Of a stretch of DNA of 64,000 nucleotides, positions 60,111-64,000 are shown piece by piece. This stretch comes from an uncultured Salinivenus sp. (GTDB lineage Bacteria > Bacteroidota > Rhodothermia > Rhodothermales > Salinibacteraceae): the NCBI GenBank assembly GCA_964519235.1, contig CAZFJR010000002.1:1334-65333 (forward strand), read 5' to 3'. Every line of letters begins with the position of its first letter. The first letter of the stretch is position 1. The notes below the pieces were generated by a model, which worked only from the letters and a program-made list of their open reading frames with translations, did not search any database and was not told the origin of the DNA. A program made the translations under genes and the position numbers.

Positions 60111-60664
60111 ACGAGGAGCCGTCTTCCTCCGTCGTGGAGCGGCATTTTTGGGCCTTTCTCGTAGGCGGGGTCCTGCTGGCCGCCGGGGGCAGTGCCGCGG
60201 GGGTGTACCTGCAGTATTCTCAGGTCGACCGTGCGCTCCGCTCGGTCCCCTACGTGAAAGACGCGGCGCAGTGGGACGGCTCGGTCCCCTACGCCAACCG
60301 GGTGGCGCGCCTGCTCCCGTACGTAGACGCCTCTGCGGACAGCACAGGGGGAGCGCGCGAGTACGGATCGTTCACGCGCATGCAGGGCTTGGTCGTCAAC
60401 CCGGCCGGCTCGGCAGGGGAGCGCTACCTCGCGGTAAGTCTCGCCTTCGAAGTGGAGTCGAGCAGCGTGGTGCAGGAGATCCAGCGGAAGAACGTCGTGA
60501 TCCGGGACGCCGTCCTTGCCCTGCTTTCTGAGCAAACCGTCGACGAGCTTGCCGACCCCGACCGGCGCGATGCGCTTAAGCGTCGGCTTCGCGCCCGCGC
60601 CAACACCATCTTGGGCACCGGCACGGTAGACCGGCTTTACTTTACGGAATTCGTTTTGCAGTAG
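60065..60664 (+). CDS. fliL: Flagellar basal-body-associated protein FliL
   Basis: Single TM, VVNPAGS..RYL, IRD, YFTEFVLQ. Confidence 0.92.
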   Translation: MEQRDAASETPSDSVDEEPSSSVVERHFWAFLVGGVLLAAGGSAAGVYLQYSQVDRALRSVPYVKDAAQWDGSVPYANRVARLLPYVDASADSTGGAREYGSFTRMQGLVVNPAGSAGERYLAVSLAFEVESSSVVQEIQRKNVVIRDAVLALLSEQTVDELADPDRRDALKRRLRARANTILGTGTVDRLYFTEFVLQ

Positions 60665-60701
60665 CCCCTTCCCTCGTTCCTCTGGATTGTAGCCCTGTGG
60701 C

Positions 60702-61826
60702 ATGTCGAAGCCGCTGAGCCAGGAAGAGATCGACGTTCTGCTGGATGAGTCTCAGGACCGAGCCTCCTCGGAGACAGGCGCCCCGGACGGCGAGCGCAGC
60801 GCCGCCTCCCACGAAGATGCACAGCCGTACAATTTCAAGCGCCCGCGCCTCTTTTCGCAGGCGCAGAAGCGCGTGCTCAATCACGTGCACGAGTCCTTTG
60901 CGCGAGACCTGTCGGTGTACCTCTCGGCCCAGCTGCGCACCATCGTCGACATTTCCCTAACCTCCGTAGACCAGGTTCTGTACTCGGAGTTTGTAATGTC
61001 GAGTGCCCCGCCCTCCGCGCTGTACGTGCTGCAGGAGCCCGACCTGGATCACAAATCCATTTTCGAGATCGACCCCCGGCTGGTCGTCTACACCATTGAG
61101 AAGCTAATGGGGGGCGACGGCGAGCTGATGGCGGACGCCCGAGAGGTGTCGCCCATCGAGCAGCGGATTATGAGCCGGGTCATGAAACGGGCCTACCGCG
61201 AGTTGGAAGAGTCCTGGGAAAAGGCCTACGAGCTGTCGGTCGAGGAGGTGGCCTTCGAGTCAAACGCCGAGTTCGTTCAGATCATCCCGGCGGCCGAGCC
61301 GGCGCTCGTCGCCTCGTTCGACGTCCAGATTTACGACGAGCCGTCGTTCATCAACATCTGCTATCCGTACCTGATGCTGGAGCAGATGCTGGGGACATCG
61401 GGGATGGAGCAGTGGATTTCCAGTTCCACAACCCCGCCCCCGCCGGAGGTGCAAGAGCGCTACGAGAAGACCCTGCGCGCGACGAACGTCATGCTTAGTG
61501 CCGAGCTGGGGCGCACCGCCCTCCCCGTTTCCGAGCTGATGCAACTGCAGGAAGGCGACGTGATTCCCCTTGACCGCGAGACCGACGAGCCGGTGGAGGT
61601 TTACGTCAACGGCGAGCCCAAATTTAAGGCGGCGGCCGGACGCTCCGGCCCCCAGCGCGCCCTGCGCATTGCCGAGATCACGTCCCCGGCGAAGGCCCCT
61701 GATCACGACTCTCTGACTGCCAACGCAACCCATGACTCAGAACACGCTCTCGACGCACGTACAGAAATCGAAGGAGGCGCTGGCGGCGCTTCTGAAGAAG
61801 CTGCTGGGGACGGAGGTGCCGCTTGA
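60702..61826 (+). CDS. fliM: Motor switch protein FliM
   Basis: LSQEEIDVLL, YNFKRP, LMGG, SpoA domain. Confidence 0.96.
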   Translation: MSKPLSQEEIDVLLDESQDRASSETGAPDGERSAASHEDAQPYNFKRPRLFSQAQKRVLNHVHESFARDLSVYLSAQLRTIVDISLTSVDQVLYSEFVMSSAPPSALYVLQEPDLDHKSIFEIDPRLVVYTIEKLMGGDGELMADAREVSPIEQRIMSRVMKRAYRELEESWEKAYELSVEEVAFESNAEFVQIIPAAEPALVASFDVQIYDEPSFINICYPYLMLEQMLGTSGMEQWISSSTTPPPPEVQERYEKTLRATNVMLSAELGRTALPVSELMQLQEGDVIPLDRETDEPVEVYVNGEPKFKAAAGRSGPQRALRIAEITSPAKAPDHDSLTANATHDSEHALDARTEIEGGAGGASEEAAGDGGAA

Positions 61827-62643
61827 GGCCGCCGCGCCCGATCGGCGTTCGGCCGAGCAGACCGCTGCACTGCGCCAGGAGGCGGCCTCACAGATGTGCC
61901 TGGAGGCGTCCGATCCGGCGGTTCTGGTGGGCCTGTCGTCCGACTGGGTGCCGGTGCTCTCGGAGGCCATGCTGGGCGAGCCCCTGGAGGTGGGGGCGGA
62001 CGGCGCCGCCGACCTGGTGCAAGAGGTGGCCGCGCAGGCCTTTGGAACGGTACAGAGTACCCTCGCCGCGGAGGGGACCCCCCTGCCCTCCCTCCAGCTT
62101 GAGGCGGCCGGGCCCGGACAGCCCCCCGCGGGGCCAGACGGCCCGGCCTGGTACATCTCCTTCTCCGCCGAGCACGAGGGCTCTCGCCTCAACGGCTTCG
62201 TGCTACTGCCCGCCTCAAAGGAGACCGCCGAGGAACCGTCCCGCTCCCCTTCGTCGGAGTCCCGCTCGGCCACCGACTCGCCTTCACACGCAGCCCCCTC
62301 CGCGTCCTCGGAGGACACCGTCGACGTTGCCCCTGCCGCCTTCAGTGACCTGGGCGAGGAAAACCTGGAGGGAAGCGGCGAGGCGAACGACTTTGGGCTG
62401 CTGGCGGAGGTAAATCTGGAGGTGCGTGTGGAGCTGGGGCGGCGCGAACTGCCCCTGGCCGACGTGCTGAAGCTCACGACGGGCAGCGTCGTGGAGCTGG
62501 AGAAAATGGTGGGGGAGCCTCTCTCGGTGTACGCGAACGGACGGCTCATCGCAGAGGGAGAGGCAGTGGTCATCGATGAACAGTTTGGGGTGCGCATCAC
62601 CAACCTCGCCTCCGAGACAAACCGGGACAAGGCGTTCTTCTGA
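61732..62643 (+). CDS. fliN: FliY/FliN switch protein with a degenerate CheC-like N-terminal domain
   Basis: C-terminal SpoA (VELG, GSVVEL, GEAVVIDEQFGVRI); overlaps fliM by 95 bp. Confidence 0.9.
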   Translation: MTQNTLSTHVQKSKEALAALLKKLLGTEVPLEAAAPDRRSAEQTAALRQEAASQMCLEASDPAVLVGLSSDWVPVLSEAMLGEPLEVGADGAADLVQEVAAQAFGTVQSTLAAEGTPLPSLQLEAAGPGQPPAGPDGPAWYISFSAEHEGSRLNGFVLLPASKETAEEPSRSPSSESRSATDSPSHAAPSASSEDTVDVAPAAFSDLGEENLEGSGEANDFGLLAEVNLEVRVELGRRELPLADVLKLTTGSVVELEKMVGEPLSVYANGRLIAEGEAVVIDEQFGVRITNLASETNRDKAFF

Positions 62644-62693
62644 TTTCCTGTCTGCCTGCATGCGAAGGGAGCGGAGGCCAGCCGGCCTGGGCG

Positions 62694-62709
62694 TGGCATC
62701 GTTTTCGCA
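62694..62709 (+). promoter_or_regulatory. Candidate sigma54 promoter of fliO-fliP
   Basis: TGGCATCGTTTTCGCA: GG-N10-GC. Confidence 0.6.
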
Positions 62710-62769
62710 ACCACTTTCGCCACGCGGGAACGCCCCGCGTCTGTGCTCTCTCATCGGCTGCCTGTCCGC

Positions 62770-63363
62770 ATGCTGTCGCCGTTTTCCTCAACGCCGGGGG
62801 CGTTCTCTGCGTCCGACGCTTCCTCGTCCGTCTCCCCGCGCCGTCTGGCCCTGTACGGGCTCTGCCTGGTTGGAGCCATGGCCGTCCTCTGGGGCGCCAC
62901 TCAAATTGCGCCCCAAAGCGGATCGTCCGCTGAGTCGGCCTCGCCGGACAACGCGGCCGCCTCCGCGGCCCCAGACGCGCCCCAGATCGAAATCTTTACC
63001 TGGGGAAACAGCGCTGCTGCGCTGCTGCTGGCAGCGGGAGCGCTCTACGCGCTGTACCTGCACCAGCAACGCGGCCCCGCGTCGTCGCCGTCGCGGATGC
63101 ACACCGTTGGCAAGATGCCCCTCGGCCAGTCGCGTCACCTTCGCCTTGTGGCGTGTGGGGGTGAGGTACTATTGCTCGGCATCACCGACGACGACATCGT
63201 CTTGCTGAAAGCCTACCCTGACGATGCGTTCGAGGACTTGCATTCCGCCGTCCCCCCCGACGGCGATGCCCCCCCGCCCGGCGCGATGGACGCCCCCGAC
63301 GGCCTGTCCGAGGGCTTCGGCGACGTGCTCGATCGGTTCACCCAGCGGGACGTCCGCGCGTAG
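62770..63363 (+). CDS. fliO: Flagellar biosynthesis protein FliO
   Basis: TM segments, LG....L.LV......LLLGIT...I.LL; between fliN and fliP. Confidence 0.8.
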   Translation: MLSPFSSTPGAFSASDASSSVSPRRLALYGLCLVGAMAVLWGATQIAPQSGSSAESASPDNAAASAAPDAPQIEIFTWGNSAAALLLAAGALYALYLHQQRGPASSPSRMHTVGKMPLGQSRHLRLVACGGEVLLLGITDDDIVLLKAYPDDAFEDLHSAVPPDGDAPPPGAMDAPDGLSEGFGDVLDRFTQRDVRA

Positions 63364-63413
63364 CCGCCCCGCACGCCCCCCGAACAGTTCCCCTTGTGCC
63401 GCCTCTGCCCCGG

Positions 63414-64000
63414 ATGCCCCGCCTTCTCTCCACCGCAACGCGCACCGGCTCGGTTCTGGCCCTTCTCGCACTGCTTCTGGGCCCGCCCCTCGGCGGCGCC
63501 CCACCCGCACACGGACAGAACGCGAGCGATCAGAACGCGAGCGATCCTGCCCGCCCAACAGCGCCGGCCGACACCGCAGGCCTGGACCTGGGGGGGCTGC
63601 CCCAGGTGGACCTGGCCCCCGCCGAAGACGGGTACGCCCTGCCGATACAGCTGCTCCTACTGCTTACGGTCCTCACCCTGGCGCCGGCCATCATCATTCT
63701 CATGACCAGCTTTACCCGGCTGGTCGTCGTTTTCAGCATCCTACGCACCGCCCTGGGCCTGCAGCAGTCGCCTCCCCGACAGGTCATCATCGGGCTATCG
63801 CTCTTCCTCTCGGTGTTCATCATGCAGCCGGTGCTGAACACCGTGCACCAGAACGCGCTGCGCCCCTACATGAACGGGCAGATTGCTCAGGAAGAGGCCT
63901 TCACGCGGGCCTCCACGCCCATGAAGCGCTTCATGCTAACGAACACGCGGGACAAGGACCTGATGCTCTTCATGGATCTGGGAGACATCGACCGTTTTGA
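63414..64000 (+). CDS. fliP: Export gate protein FliP (3' end outside window; missing from the ORF track)
   Basis: Frame from ATG 63414 reads MPRLLS...LLTVLTLAPAIIILMTSFTRLVVVFSILRTALGLQQSPPRQV. Confidence 0.95.
   Translation, partial: MPRLLSTATRTGSVLALLALLLGPPLGGAPPAHGQNASDQNASDPARPTAPADTAGLDLGGLPQVDLAPAEDGYALPIQLLLLLTVLTLAPAIIILMTSFTRLVVVFSILRTALGLQQSPPRQVIIGLSLFLSVFIMQPVLNTVHQNALRPYMNGQIAQEEAFTRASTPMKRFMLTNTRDKDLMLFMDLGDIDRF

Noticed and set aside
63224-64000. 258-aa ORF in the track at the right edge
   Set aside because: Wrong frame; the real gene is fliP in the frame starting at ATG 63414

Overview
GC-rich bacterial chromosome segment. The acidic housekeeping proteins, the Bat operon, the absence of Shine-Dalgarno motifs and the presence of flagella suggest a Salinibacter-like halophilic Rhodothermota genome (inference). 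1-18.3 kb holds the 3' part of argS, a small Cys protein behind a Fur-like palindrome, lgt, a serine hydrolase, a DUF819 membrane protein, an orphan protein ending in an SSB-type DLPF tail, and a minus-strand run of SLC13 transporter, DUF58, membrane protein, cobB, batA, batB, a split batC, batD and batE, with no adjacent moxR. 18.6-64 kb is a large contiguous flagellar and chemotaxis cluster: flgFGAHIJNKL, HDOD, a pseudo-HATPase-REC protein, fliC, fliS-fliD-fliT, flgM, a sigma54 activator plus a His-less kinase on the minus strand, flgBC-orf-fliEFGHIJ-motE-fliK-flgD-orf-flgE, cheW-R-Y-Z-A-B-slt, an MCP, and motAB-fliL-fliM-fliY/N-fliO-fliP (cut by the window edge). Six sigma28 promoters, several sigma54-like promoters and paired enhancer-like palindromes can be read from the sequence. 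The most unusual points are two degenerate kinases in the flagellar regulatory circuit, a FlgH without a lipobox but with a hydrophobic C-terminal tail, a sirtuin inside the Bat operon, and the orphan with the SSB-like tail. No rRNA, tRNA, CRISPR array or mobile element was recognised. All family assignments are from motif recognition by eye; no database search was run.
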